This document shows, piece by piece, positions 6,714-15,098 of a DNA stretch of 32,000 nucleotides. Position numbers and translations under genes: made by a program. A model generated the notes under the pieces. That model was not told where the DNA came from. It was given only the letters and a program-made list of their open reading frames with translations, and searched no databases. The stretch's first letter is position 1. Every line of letters begins with the position of its first letter. This stretch comes from Candidatus Saganbacteria bacterium (lineage in GTDB: Bacteria; Margulisbacteria; WOR-1; JAKLHX01): assembly GCA_026387835.1 (NCBI GenBank), contig JAPLKZ010000004.1, positions 41,928 to 73,927 on the forward strand. The letters run 5' to 3'.

Positions 6714-8161
6714 CAGCCTTTATAGCGGACGTTGAGGTCTTTTACTGCTTTTACTTCATCGAGCCTGCCGACCACTGTCGAGTGCGGAGCGCTTTTTACT
6801 AGCTCAGGGTCATTCTCGCATTCCTTCGCGATCGAGATCATCGCATCGATGAATTTATCAAGCGTCTCTTTGCTTTCCGTCTCTGTCGGCTCGATCATCA
6901 TTGCTTCTTCCACAATAAGGGGAAAATAGATCGTCGGCGGATGGAACCCGTAGTCTATCAGCCTTTTTGCGATGTCCAGGGCTTTTATACCGTGTTTTTC
7001 CTTCTGCCATTTCGCCGAGATGACGAATTCGTGCTGGCAGGTCCTTTCATATGGCAGGAAATAATATTTTTTCAGTGCGTTCATTATATAGTTCGCGTTT
7101 AGGACAGCGTTCTCCGAGACCGCCTTTAATCCTTCGCCCCCGAGCGAGCGGATGTACGCGTATGCCTTGATGATGACCCCAACGTTGCCGTAAAAAGCTG
7201 ACACTTTACCTATGGACGGATCAAAACCTTTTTCTTTGATGATGAATTTATCTTTATCCTTCATTATCCTCGGGACCGGAAGGAACGGTTCGAGTTCCTT
7301 CGTGACGCCGACCGGACCTGAACCCGGGCCTCCGCCGCCATGCGGCGTTGAAAATGTCTTGTGAAGATTTATATGCGCCATATCGAATCCCAAAGATGTC
7401 GGTTTCACTTTGCCAAGTATTGCGTTCGCATTAGCGCCGTCCATGTAGAACAATGCGCCCGCTTTGTGGACGATATCCGCTATCTCGAGTATATTCCTGT
7501 CAAAAAGCCCGAGCGTGTTCGGGTTCGTCAGCATCATCAGCGCGGTATCCGGGCCCGCAAGTCTTTTTAGTTCTGTGATATCCACACCGCCGTTCTTATC
7601 AGACTTTACGCTCACTACCTCAAATCCCGCCAGCCCCGCGCTCGAAGGGTTCGTGCCGTGCGCTGAATCGGGGATAAGGACTTTATTTCTCCGGAGCTGT
7701 CCTTTTTTCCTGAAATACTTTTTTGCCATGAGGACCGCTGTCAGCTCTCCGTGTGCCCCGGCAGCCGGAGCAAGGGTGAAAGCGTCAAAGCCGAATATGG
7801 AACACATGTATTTTTCGAAATTATAAAGGAGCTCCAGCGTGCCCTGCACTCTGCTTTCATCTTCAAGAGGATGAATATCCGAGAAACCTTCGAGGCTGGC
7901 CACTTCTTCATTTATCTTAGGGTTGTATTTCATCGTACAGGAGCCAAGGGGATAAAAACCCGTGTCCACTCCGAAGTTCCTCCTTGAAAGGTTCGTGAAA
8001 TGCCTGACAAGGTCGACTTCGCTTATTTCAGGGAGCAAGGGCGGTTTTTCCCGGAGGAACTTTTGCGGTATGCTCTGAGAGGCTTTATCTGATATTTCCG
8101 GCAGCAGATCCGACGATCTTCCTCCGGAACTTAGCTCGAATATCAACGGTTCGTTTTGCAT
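6713..8161 (-). CDS. gcvPB: glycine dehydrogenase (aminomethyl-transferring) subunit 2
   Basis: 482 aa. PLGSCTMKYNP and the PLP-lysine region HINLHKTFSTPHGGGGPG are typical of the P-protein beta subunit. Confidence 0.93.
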   Translation of the reverse strand: MQNEPLIFELSSGGRSSDLLPEISDKASQSIPQKFLREKPPLLPEISEVDLVRHFTNLSRRNFGVDTGFYPLGSCTMKYNPKINEEVASLEGFSDIHPLEDESRVQGTLELLYNFEKYMCSIFGFDAFTLAPAAGAHGELTAVLMAKKYFRKKGQLRRNKVLIPDSAHGTNPSSAGLAGFEVVSVKSDKNGGVDITELKRLAGPDTALMMLTNPNTLGLFDRNILEIADIVHKAGALFYMDGANANAILGKVKPTSLGFDMAHINLHKTFSTPHGGGGPGSGPVGVTKELEPFLPVPRIMKDKDKFIIKEKGFDPSIGKVSAFYGNVGVIIKAYAYIRSLGGEGLKAVSENAVLNANYIMNALKKYYFLPYERTCQHEFVISAKWQKEKHGIKALDIAKRLIDYGFHPPTIYFPLIVEEAMMIEPTETESKETLDKFIDAMISIAKECENDPELVKSAPHSTVVGRLDEVKAVKDLNVRYKG

Positions 8162-9258
8162 CAGATGATGGATCTTTGCCTGTCCGTATCAAAGACATGC
8201 ATCTTTTTAAGATTGAGATAGACACAATACTGGCTTCCCGGTTTTGTATCGGTCAGGGAATCCACCCTGGCAGTAAGAGGCGTCTTTCCGATCTTCAGGT
8301 AAAGATATGTCTCCGATCCCATGAGCTCCCTGAAATCTACTTTTGCCTCGAGCTGGCACTGTTGTTTTGTCTCAGGCAGAGGATGGCTCAGTATATCCTC
8401 AGGCCTGATACCGAAGGTGACATCATGACTTACGTGAGGCCTTAATATGTCATTGAAATCCGACGGCATGACGATCTTGAGGTCCTCGGAATCGAAAAAG
8501 ATGTGTTCTCCGGCCTGGTCAAGCTTTCCCTTGATAAAGTTCATCGCGGGACTGCCGATGAAGCCTGCGACAAATTTATTTATCGGGTATCCGTAAACTT
8601 GAAGCGGAACATCTACCTGCTGGAGCTGGCCGTTAAGGATGACCGCTATTCTTGTCCCGAGGGTCATCGCTTCTACCTGGTCATGCGTCACGTATATTAT
8701 CGTCGCTTTTAGTTTATTATAGATCCTCTGGAGCTCCGCTCTCATCTGCACGCGTAGTTTCGCGTCAAGATTGCTCAGGGGCTCGTCCATGAGAAATACG
8801 GCTGGTTCCCTTACGATGGCCCGTCCGACGGCTACCCTCTGCCTCTGCCCTCCGGAAAGCTGCTTCGGAAGCCGGTCCAGCATCGTCTCAAGATCGAGGA
8901 CGTTCGCGGCTTCTTTGACCCTTCTGTCGATGTCTTTTTTTGGTATCTTCCTCAATTTAAGGCCGAAAGCCATATTGTCATAGACATTCATGTGGGGATA
9001 AAGCGCATAGTTCTGGAATATCATCGCGATATTCCTGTCTTTGGGAGGGACATCGTTGACCATCTTGTCGCCTATATAGATCTTTCCTTCGGTGACCTCT
9101 TCAAGTCCTGCCGCCATCCTGAGAGCAGTTGTCTTTCCGCATCCCGAGGGGCCCACAAGCACCAAAAACTCCCTGTCCTTTACTTCAAGGCTCATATCCT
9201 TGACAGCGACAAAATTATCGAACTTCTTTGTCACATTCTCAAAATATACCCTTACCAC
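8161..9258 (-). CDS. sugar-type ABC transporter ATP-binding protein (MalK/UgpC/MsmX-like), no permease or binding protein adjacent
   Basis: 365 aa. Walker A GPSGCGKTT, signature LSGGQRQR, Walker B FLMDEPLS and a C-terminal MalK-type regulatory domain are present. GTG start with GGAG 6 nt upstream. Confidence 0.9.
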   Translation of the reverse strand: MVRVYFENVTKKFDNFVAVKDMSLEVKDREFLVLVGPSGCGKTTALRMAAGLEEVTEGKIYIGDKMVNDVPPKDRNIAMIFQNYALYPHMNVYDNMAFGLKLRKIPKKDIDRRVKEAANVLDLETMLDRLPKQLSGGQRQRVAVGRAIVREPAVFLMDEPLSNLDAKLRVQMRAELQRIYNKLKATIIYVTHDQVEAMTLGTRIAVILNGQLQQVDVPLQVYGYPINKFVAGFIGSPAMNFIKGKLDQAGEHIFFDSEDLKIVMPSDFNDILRPHVSHDVTFGIRPEDILSHPLPETKQQCQLEAKVDFRELMGSETYLYLKIGKTPLTARVDSLTDTKPGSQYCVYLNLKKMHVFDTDRQRSII

Positions 9259-9285
9259 ATTATTCTCCAGTCTTTACCAAAAAGC

Positions 9286-9747
9286 CTATATTTGTTTCAA
9301 TAAATTCGCGGATTCGATGGCTGACAGCGCGGCCGCCCATCCTTTGTTACCGGGTTTGCCTCCCGCGCGTTCCAGGGCCTGTTCCAGATTATCAGTTGTA
9401 AGCACGCCGAATATCACAGGGATCTCCGTATCTAAAGATACTTTTGCTATCCCTTTGGACACTTCGGACGCTACATAGTCAAAATGGGAAGTCCCTCCCC
9501 TTATCACGGCTCCCAGGCATATCACCGCGTTCGGCTTGGACTTTTCCGCGACTTTTTTTGCCACGAGCGGCATCTCAAAAGCCCCCGGCACCCACACGAC
9601 TTCGATGGATGCTTCAGTTGCACCGTGCCTTTTCAGGCAGTCAAGAGCCCCCTCAAGCAGGCCTTTTGAAATGAACTCATTGAAACGGCTCACGATTATC
9701 GAGAACTTCAGCCCCTTTGCTTCCAGCGCGCCTTCTTTTACCTTCAT
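9286..9747 (-). CDS. ribH: 6,7-dimethyl-8-ribityllumazine synthase
   Basis: 153 aa. ...[18 protein letters not shown]...[11 protein letters not shown]...THFDYV... is typical of RibH. AAGGAG SD upstream. Confidence 0.95.
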   Translation of the reverse strand: MKVKEGALEAKGLKFSIIVSRFNEFISKGLLEGALDCLKRHGATEASIEVVWVPGAFEMPLVAKKVAEKSKPNAVICLGAVIRGGTSHFDYVASEVSKGIAKVSLDTEIPVIFGVLTTDNLEQALERAGGKPGNKGWAAALSAIESANLLKQI

Positions 9748-9762
9748 GGTCTTTCTCCTTTC

Positions 9763-11004
9763 TTAATTTGTGATACTTGAGCTTACATTTTTATATTTGT
9801 TCAGGATATGGCCCAGCTTTTTAGATTTTACCATAAGATACTTTCTATTATACCTGTTCGGCTTGATCTCTATCGGGATCCTTTTTATAACTTCCAGTCC
9901 GTAACCCTCTATTCCCACTATCTTTTTCGGATTATTGGTCAAAAGCCTTATTGTGGAAAGCCCGAGGTCCCTCAGTATCTGAGCCCCTATACCATAATCC
10001 CTTAGATCAGCCTCAAAACCGAGAGCTTCGTTCGCTTCTACGGTATCTTTTCCAAGGTCCTGAAGCTCGTATGCCTTAAGTTTGTTCATCAGCCCGATAC
10101 CGCGGCCTTCCTGTTTCATATATAATATCACGCCCTGACCCTCAGATTCGACCATCTCCATCGATCTTTCAAGCTGCTCCCCGCAGTCGCACCTGCAGCT
10201 TTTGAACACGTCTCCTGTCAGGCATTCGGAATGGACCCTTACAAGCACGTTCTTTTTCCCTTTTACGATGCCTTTTACAAGCGCGATATGATGTTCGCCG
10301 TTCAGTATATTTTCATAACCCGATATCGTGAACTCCCCGTATCCGGTCGGGAGCCTGGCCTCGCTTACTTTTTTTATCAGGTTCTCTTTTTTTAAGCGGT
10401 ATTTGATGAGGTCCGCTATGGATATCACGGTAAGGCCGTATTTTTTCGCGAACTTTATGATATCTTCGCCTCTTGCCATCTCGCCGTCGGGCATTATTAT
10501 CTCGCATATCACAGCCGCCTCTGTCAGGCCCGACATGCGCGCGATATCAACGCCCGCCTCTGTGTGGCCCGCTCTTTTCAGCACGCCGCCATTCTTTGCC
10601 ATCAGCGGGAACACATGGCCCGGCCTTGTAAGGTCGGACGGCTTTGAACTCTTGCCGATAAGCACTTTGATCGTGCGGCACCTGTCAGCAGGTGAAATGC
10701 CGGTCGTCGTGCCGAATTTTTTCGCGGCGTCCACGGATACCGTGAACGCGGTCGTCATCGATTCGGTGTTCATTCCGGTCATCTGGTCTATTTCCAGCGT
10801 TTTAAGTCTTTCCTCGGTCATCGGGACACATACTAGCCCCTTCCCGTGGGAGATCATGAAATTTATTGATTCCGGCGTCGCTTTTTCCGCGGCTATCACC
10901 AGGTCGCCTTCGTTCTCCCTGTCCTTGTCATCGACGACGATGATCATATTACCGTTTTTGAAAGCTTTCAGGGCATTATCGACAGGATCGAATTTTAATT
11001 GCAT
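9763..11004 (-). CDS. ribBA: bifunctional 3,4-dihydroxy-2-butanone-4-phosphate synthase / GTP cyclohydrolase II
   Basis: 413 aa. The DHBP synthase motif DDKDRENEGDLV is N-terminal. The GCH-II zinc site HSECLTGDVF..CRCDCGEQL is C-terminal. Confidence 0.95.
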   Translation of the reverse strand: MQLKFDPVDNALKAFKNGNMIIVVDDKDRENEGDLVIAAEKATPESINFMISHGKGLVCVPMTEERLKTLEIDQMTGMNTESMTTAFTVSVDAAKKFGTTTGISPADRCRTIKVLIGKSSKPSDLTRPGHVFPLMAKNGGVLKRAGHTEAGVDIARMSGLTEAAVICEIIMPDGEMARGEDIIKFAKKYGLTVISIADLIKYRLKKENLIKKVSEARLPTGYGEFTISGYENILNGEHHIALVKGIVKGKKNVLVRVHSECLTGDVFKSCRCDCGEQLERSMEMVESEGQGVILYMKQEGRGIGLMNKLKAYELQDLGKDTVEANEALGFEADLRDYGIGAQILRDLGLSTIRLLTNNPKKIVGIEGYGLEVIKRIPIEIKPNRYNRKYLMVKSKKLGHILNKYKNVSSSITN

Positions 11005-11672
11005 TCGTATTGGCTCCCGGTACGCCCTATCATATCTTTCAGCATCAAACCCAGACTGACGCCGCTTTCAACTTCATCATCAGGTTTTTTCTTCATGGCT
11101 TTGGACGCATACTTCCCGACAAGATCTGTCTCAATATTGACTTTATCCCCTATCCTGAGTTTTGCCAGCGTGGTGTTTTTCATTGTAAAAGGAATTATGA
11201 CGACTGAAAACGAATCCCTGAAGATCTCCGCCACAGTAAGGCTTATGCCGTTAATAGAGACAGATCCTTTTTTTATAATGCCGGACAGGATATTCCGGCC
11301 GGAAGAAAAGACCATCTTCACAGAACCTGACGTCCTTATGACTTCCTTTACAGTTGCGGTCCCGTCGACATGACCCGAAACGATGTGGCCTGAAAGCCGG
11401 TCCGAGGCTTTCAACGCCCTTTCAAGGTTCACTTCATCGCCCGTCTTAAGCAGATCTAATGTCGTGTCTGAAAGTGTCGGGGATACCGCTTCGACAATAA
11501 ATGATCTCCGTTTTTTATTGACGACAGTCAGGCATACGCCGTTGACCGCGATGCTGTCGCCTTTTTTCAGATCGGACAGTACTGTCTTTGCGCCGACCTC
11601 AAATGATTTTAACCCGGCAGCCGCCTTGGTATTTTTGATACTACCGATCTCTTCTATTATTCCGGTAAACAT
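10995..11672 (-). CDS. ribE: riboflavin synthase alpha chain
   Basis: 225 aa. It starts MFTGIIEEIG and has two internal lumazine-binding repeats (VNGVCLTV / INGISLTV). It overlaps ribBA by 10 nt. Confidence 0.9.
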   Translation of the reverse strand: MFTGIIEEIGSIKNTKAAAGLKSFEVGAKTVLSDLKKGDSIAVNGVCLTVVNKKRRSFIVEAVSPTLSDTTLDLLKTGDEVNLERALKASDRLSGHIVSGHVDGTATVKEVIRTSGSVKMVFSSGRNILSGIIKKGSVSINGISLTVAEIFRDSFSVVIIPFTMKNTTLAKLRIGDKVNIETDLVGKYASKAMKKKPDDEVESGVSLGLMLKDMIGRTGSQYECN

Positions 11673-11694
11673 ATTTTTATCTTAACCAATTTTA

Positions 11695-12108
11695 TCATTT
11701 TACGACTTTTGATACATCTTTTATAAGAGAGCCCAATATACCGTTTATGAACTTCGCGGACCTGGCGGTCCCGTATTTTTTTGCAAGTTCCACCGCTTCA
11801 TCTGCCGCGACTGCTTCCGGTGTCCCTTTTTCCGATGTTATCTCATAGAAAGCAAGCCTTAAGATGTTCCTGTCGATCACGCTCATGCGGCTGACGGGCC
11901 AGTCTTTTGAATATTTTGCTATGTCCGCGTCGATCTTTTTTATATCGCCGACAGTGCCTTGCACCAGTTCCGCGGAAAATTTCCTGGTCTCATCTGAAAT
12001 GCCGTCTTCGAACAGATTTTCCAGCGCTTCTTCGGGCTTTGCTCCGGAGATGTCTATCTGGTACAGTGCCTGCATCGCTATCCGTCTTGAAGTTGAGCGT
12101 TTTCCCAT
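11695..12108 (-). CDS. nusB: transcription antitermination factor NusB
   Basis: 137 aa. RRIAMQALYQ...DRNILRLAFYE... is typical of NusB. Confidence 0.9.
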   Translation of the reverse strand: MGKRSTSRRIAMQALYQIDISGAKPEEALENLFEDGISDETRKFSAELVQGTVGDIKKIDADIAKYSKDWPVSRMSVIDRNILRLAFYEITSEKGTPEAVAADEAVELAKKYGTARSAKFINGILGSLIKDVSKVVK

Positions 12109-12111
12109 GTT

Positions 12112-13455
12112 TTAAGGCTCTAAGTTGGCGGAGATGAAATCAGTGTAGACTTCGCCTCTTTTGAACGCCTCATTATCCATGACTTTTTTGTGGAAGGGTA
12201 TAGTGGTCTTGATGCCCGTTATTATGAATTCGTCCAGGCAGCGCTTTGCGCGTGCTATCGCCTCGTCCCTGCTCGGCGCCCAGACGATAAGTTTTGCTAT
12301 CAACGAATCATAATTAGGCAGTATCCTGCATCCCGCATAGGCGAGGCTGTCGATCCTTACTCCGGGGCCGCCCGGGATAATATACTCTTTTATCTGGCCG
12401 GGCGAAGGCATGAAATTCTTATCGGGATCTTCCGCGTTTATCCTCAGTTCTATCGCGTGGCCTCTTATTTTAATATCGGACTGCCTCAGGCGCATCTTCT
12501 CAAGAGCGGCTATCGATATCTGTTCTTTCAGGATATCGACCGAGGTTACCATTTCTGTGACCGGATGCTCCACCTGCACCCTTGTATTCATTTCCATGAA
12601 ATAATAATTCCCGTTTTTGTCCAGCAAATATTCCACCGTTCCCGCGCTGCAGTACTTGACTGCTTTTGCCAGCCGGACGGCAGCTTCGCCCATCTTTTTT
12701 CTTGTCTTCTCGTTCAGGACCGCGCACGGCGATTCTTCCACGAGTTTTTGATGCCTTCTCTGCACGGAGCAGTCCCTTTCTCCCAGATAGACCACATTGC
12801 CGAAAGCATCGGCCAGTATCTGTATCTCGACGTGCTTGGGCTGTTCGATAAATTTTTCTACGTAAATATCGGAATTGCCGAAAGCGGCTCCCGCCTCTGT
12901 CTGCGCCGTGCTCATAAGAGCAAGAAAATCCGCTTCTGCCTTGACAACCCTCATCCCTCTGCCGCCGCCTCCCGCGGTTGCTTTTATCACAACGGGAAAC
13001 CCGATCTTTTTCGCGATCCTCAGGGCTTCGTTAGGGTCTTTTATAATTCCTTCCGAACCCGGGACAGTAGGCACTCCGGACCTCATAGCGCATTGTTTTG
13101 CCGTGGCTTTATCACCCATCGATTCTATTGAAGAAGGGCTTGGTCCTATGAAGACTATATTGTGTGCCGCGCATATCTCGGCGAACTTTGCATTTTCGGC
13201 AAGGAACCCGTATCCCGGATGTATCGCCTGCGCTCCGCACACTTCTGCGGTAGAGATTATCCTCGGGATATTGAGATAGCTTGAAGCCGGTACCGCCGGG
13301 CCGATGCAGTAAGATTCATCGGCTAGTCTTGCGTGGAGCGAGTCTTTATCGGCTTCGCTGTACACTGCAACGGATTTTATTCCCATTTCCCTGCATGCAC
13401 GGATGACGCGGATCGCGATCTCACCCCTGTTGGCCACCAGTATTTTTTCGAACAA
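12112..13455 (-). CDS. accC: biotin carboxylase (acetyl-CoA carboxylase subunit AccC; a two-subunit pyruvate carboxylase A subunit cannot be excluded)
   Basis: 447 aa. KILVANRGEIAIRVIRACREMG, the ATP-grasp region GGGGRGMRVV and EMNTRVQVEHPVTE are present. TTG start with AAGGAG 6 nt upstream. No accB is adjacent. Confidence 0.88.
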   Translation of the reverse strand: MFEKILVANRGEIAIRVIRACREMGIKSVAVYSEADKDSLHARLADESYCIGPAVPASSYLNIPRIISTAEVCGAQAIHPGYGFLAENAKFAEICAAHNIVFIGPSPSSIESMGDKATAKQCAMRSGVPTVPGSEGIIKDPNEALRIAKKIGFPVVIKATAGGGGRGMRVVKAEADFLALMSTAQTEAGAAFGNSDIYVEKFIEQPKHVEIQILADAFGNVVYLGERDCSVQRRHQKLVEESPCAVLNEKTRKKMGEAAVRLAKAVKYCSAGTVEYLLDKNGNYYFMEMNTRVQVEHPVTEMVTSVDILKEQISIAALEKMRLRQSDIKIRGHAIELRINAEDPDKNFMPSPGQIKEYIIPGGPGVRIDSLAYAGCRILPNYDSLIAKLIVWAPSRDEAIARAKRCLDEFIITGIKTTIPFHKKVMDNEAFKRGEVYTDFISANLEP

Positions 13456-13481
13456 AACTTGCTCCTTGCTCTAAAACGCAG

Positions 13482-13516
13482 TTGACACCGTGAAAATATG
13501 CTCTATAATTATAACA
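13482..13516. promoter_or_regulatory. back-to-back promoters with overlapping -10 hexamers
   Basis: Plus strand: TTGACA (13482-13487), 16 nt, TATAAT (13504-13509). Minus strand: TGtTATAAT (complement of 13508-13516), facing accC. The two -10 boxes overlap in the palindrome TATAATTATA. Confidence 0.5.
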
Positions 13517-13571
13517 TAAATCGGTCATTTTAAGAGTGGTCGATAAACAGACAAAAAGGAGGTGAGTTTAA

Positions 13572-13730
13572 ATGGCAAGAGGCGGATTATCAAAAATGAG
13601 AGTGGATTTCAAAGGACAGACGGATACATTGGAAGATGTCTTCGGAAAAAAGGCGATCCCGGTCACGTCAATGACAAAGATCATCTGGGGTGTGATCAAG
13701 AGAAAAAAATTGATGAAAAAGGTCAGCTGA
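13572..13730 (+). CDS. 52-aa basic protein with a SWIB/MDM2-like motif (tentative)
   Basis: Too short for the ORF track. ATG at 13572 follows AGGAGGTGA (13557-13565). A consensus promoter lies upstream and a hairpin terminator lies downstream. The sequence is MARGGLSKMRVDFKGQTDTLEDVFGKKAIPVTSMTKIIWGVIKRKKLMKKVS. The pattern L..VFGKK.IP.T.MTK.IW..IK resembles one half of a SWIB domain. Confidence 0.6.
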   Translation: MARGGLSKMRVDFKGQTDTLEDVFGKKAIPVTSMTKIIWGVIKRKKLMKKVS

Positions 13731-13753
13731 TCATTTCTTAGTCTGAATTGTAT

Positions 13754-13787
13754 AAAAGCCCCTGTACTAGGCAGGGGTTTTTATTTT
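13754..13787. terminator. bidirectional rho-independent terminator
   Basis: Stem CCCCTG (13759-13764) pairs with CAGGGG (13772-13777) around a 7-nt loop. It is flanked by AAAA on the left and TTTTTATTTT on the right. It sits between the convergent 52-aa ORF and the NRAMP gene. Confidence 0.6.
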
Positions 13788-13805
13788 GTTCATCCGGCGG
13801 AATTT

Positions 13806-15071
13806 TTAGAATACGTTCAGGTACAGCATCAATGAAGCGATGACGGTGAAACTCGCGATCGTTATCCATGCCAGGATATTCGAGAACCTGTTGTTCACAT
13901 AGGGGCCCATCAGTTTTTTGTCATTAATAAGTTTCAGGATGACGAAGAAGATGAACGGCAGAAGCACGGTGTTGAGCGCCTGTGAAGCCGTGAGCACGAA
14001 TATCATCGGAAAGTTCGGCAGGAAAACGAGCAGCGTGCTCGCGAAAAGACAGAACCCTATTATTGTATAAAATAACGGGGCCTCTTTGAACGATGAGTTC
14101 ACCTTCCTCTCCGTACCCAGGATCTCGGTGATCGCATAAGCCGTCCCCATCGATATGACGCTGACGCCCAGCAGAGACGCGTTAAGAAGTCCCCACGCGA
14201 AAAGATGCTTTGAGAACGCCCCGAGCATGGGTTCGAGCGCCATCGCCGCGTCAGCCGCGTTCTCTATCCTGATACCTTTTGCAAAAAGAGTGGCTGCTGC
14301 CGAGATGATTATAAAATAAGCCACGAAATCGGTCCAGAATGCACCGAAAAGGACGTCCATCCTTGCGGTCTTAAGATGTTTCTTGTCCACTCCCTTGTCG
14401 ACAAAATACGACTGCACAAAAAACTGCCCCCACACTGTTAACGTCGTTCCTATCAGTGCCGTCGCCGTAAATATGAATTCCCGGTTAAATTTGATGACCG
14501 GGACCAGGCTTCCCTGCACCATCGCGGGGATATCCGGCCTTGCGATGAAACCGTTGACGATATAACAGAAAAAAAGTATGCAGGAGGTCATAAAAATATT
14601 CTGGACAAAGTTGAAGCTGCCTTTAAGGATGATATACCAGATGAAGAACACGAACACGGGCACAAATATCATCCTGGGAATATGGTAGATGTCGGCCACA
14701 GAAGCTATTCCCGCCACGTCCGCAAGGATGTTCGAAAAATTGGCTATAAAGACCAGGCACAGTATCAACACCGCAGTGTGGAGTCCGATACGCTCTCTTA
14801 TGAGGTCGCCCAGGCCCTTTCCCGTTACGACACCCAGCCTTGCACCCATCTCCTGTGTTATATAGAGCATGAAGGTTATGACTATCAATATCCAAAGCAT
14901 CGAGTAGCCGAAATGCGCTCCTGCCACTGAATATGTCGCCACGCCTCCCGCATCATTATCGGCTGTGCCGGTTATTATCCCCGGACCTATCACGGAGAAC
15001 ATTATCAGAAGCCTTAATCTCCAATAATTCCAGTTTTTATTCTTGTTCTTTTTTTTAAAAAGCATCAGCAT
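13806..15071 (-). CDS. NRAMP (SLC11) family divalent cation transporter with a non-canonical metal site
   Basis: 421 aa and polytopic. GPGIITGTADNDAGGVATYSVAGAHFGYSMLW aligns to the MntH TM1 region [32 protein letters not shown]. The TM6 region is IGTTLTVWGQFF versus LGATIMPHVIYL. Confidence 0.9.
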   Translation of the reverse strand: MLMLFKKKNKNKNWNYWRLRLLIMFSVIGPGIITGTADNDAGGVATYSVAGAHFGYSMLWILIVITFMLYITQEMGARLGVVTGKGLGDLIRERIGLHTAVLILCLVFIANFSNILADVAGIASVADIYHIPRMIFVPVFVFFIWYIILKGSFNFVQNIFMTSCILFFCYIVNGFIARPDIPAMVQGSLVPVIKFNREFIFTATALIGTTLTVWGQFFVQSYFVDKGVDKKHLKTARMDVLFGAFWTDFVAYFIIISAAATLFAKGIRIENAADAAMALEPMLGAFSKHLFAWGLLNASLLGVSVISMGTAYAITEILGTERKVNSSFKEAPLFYTIIGFCLFASTLLVFLPNFPMIFVLTASQALNTVLLPFIFFVILKLINDKKLMGPYVNNRFSNILAWITIASFTVIASLMLYLNVF

Positions 15072-15098
15072 ATTCCACGGAGGGTTTTCAGACGATAC

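Noticed and set aside
11673-11694. I looked for an FMN (RFN) riboswitch upstream of ribE, and for an M-box upstream of the MgtE_N/CBS gene (16371-16415).
   Set aside because: The intergenic spaces are 22 nt and 45 nt, far too short for either element. No conserved riboswitch cores were seen.
12190-13131. 313-aa plus-strand ORF antisense to accC. Similar long antisense ORFs occur at 10328-11059, 15784-16329, 24966-25490, 26368-26922 and 31025-31594.
   Set aside because: Each lies entirely inside a confidently identified gene on the other strand. Their products are low-complexity (Arg/Ser/Pro/Phe-rich) with no recognisable family. None has an SD or promoter. Long antisense frames are expected by chance opposite codon-biased genes.
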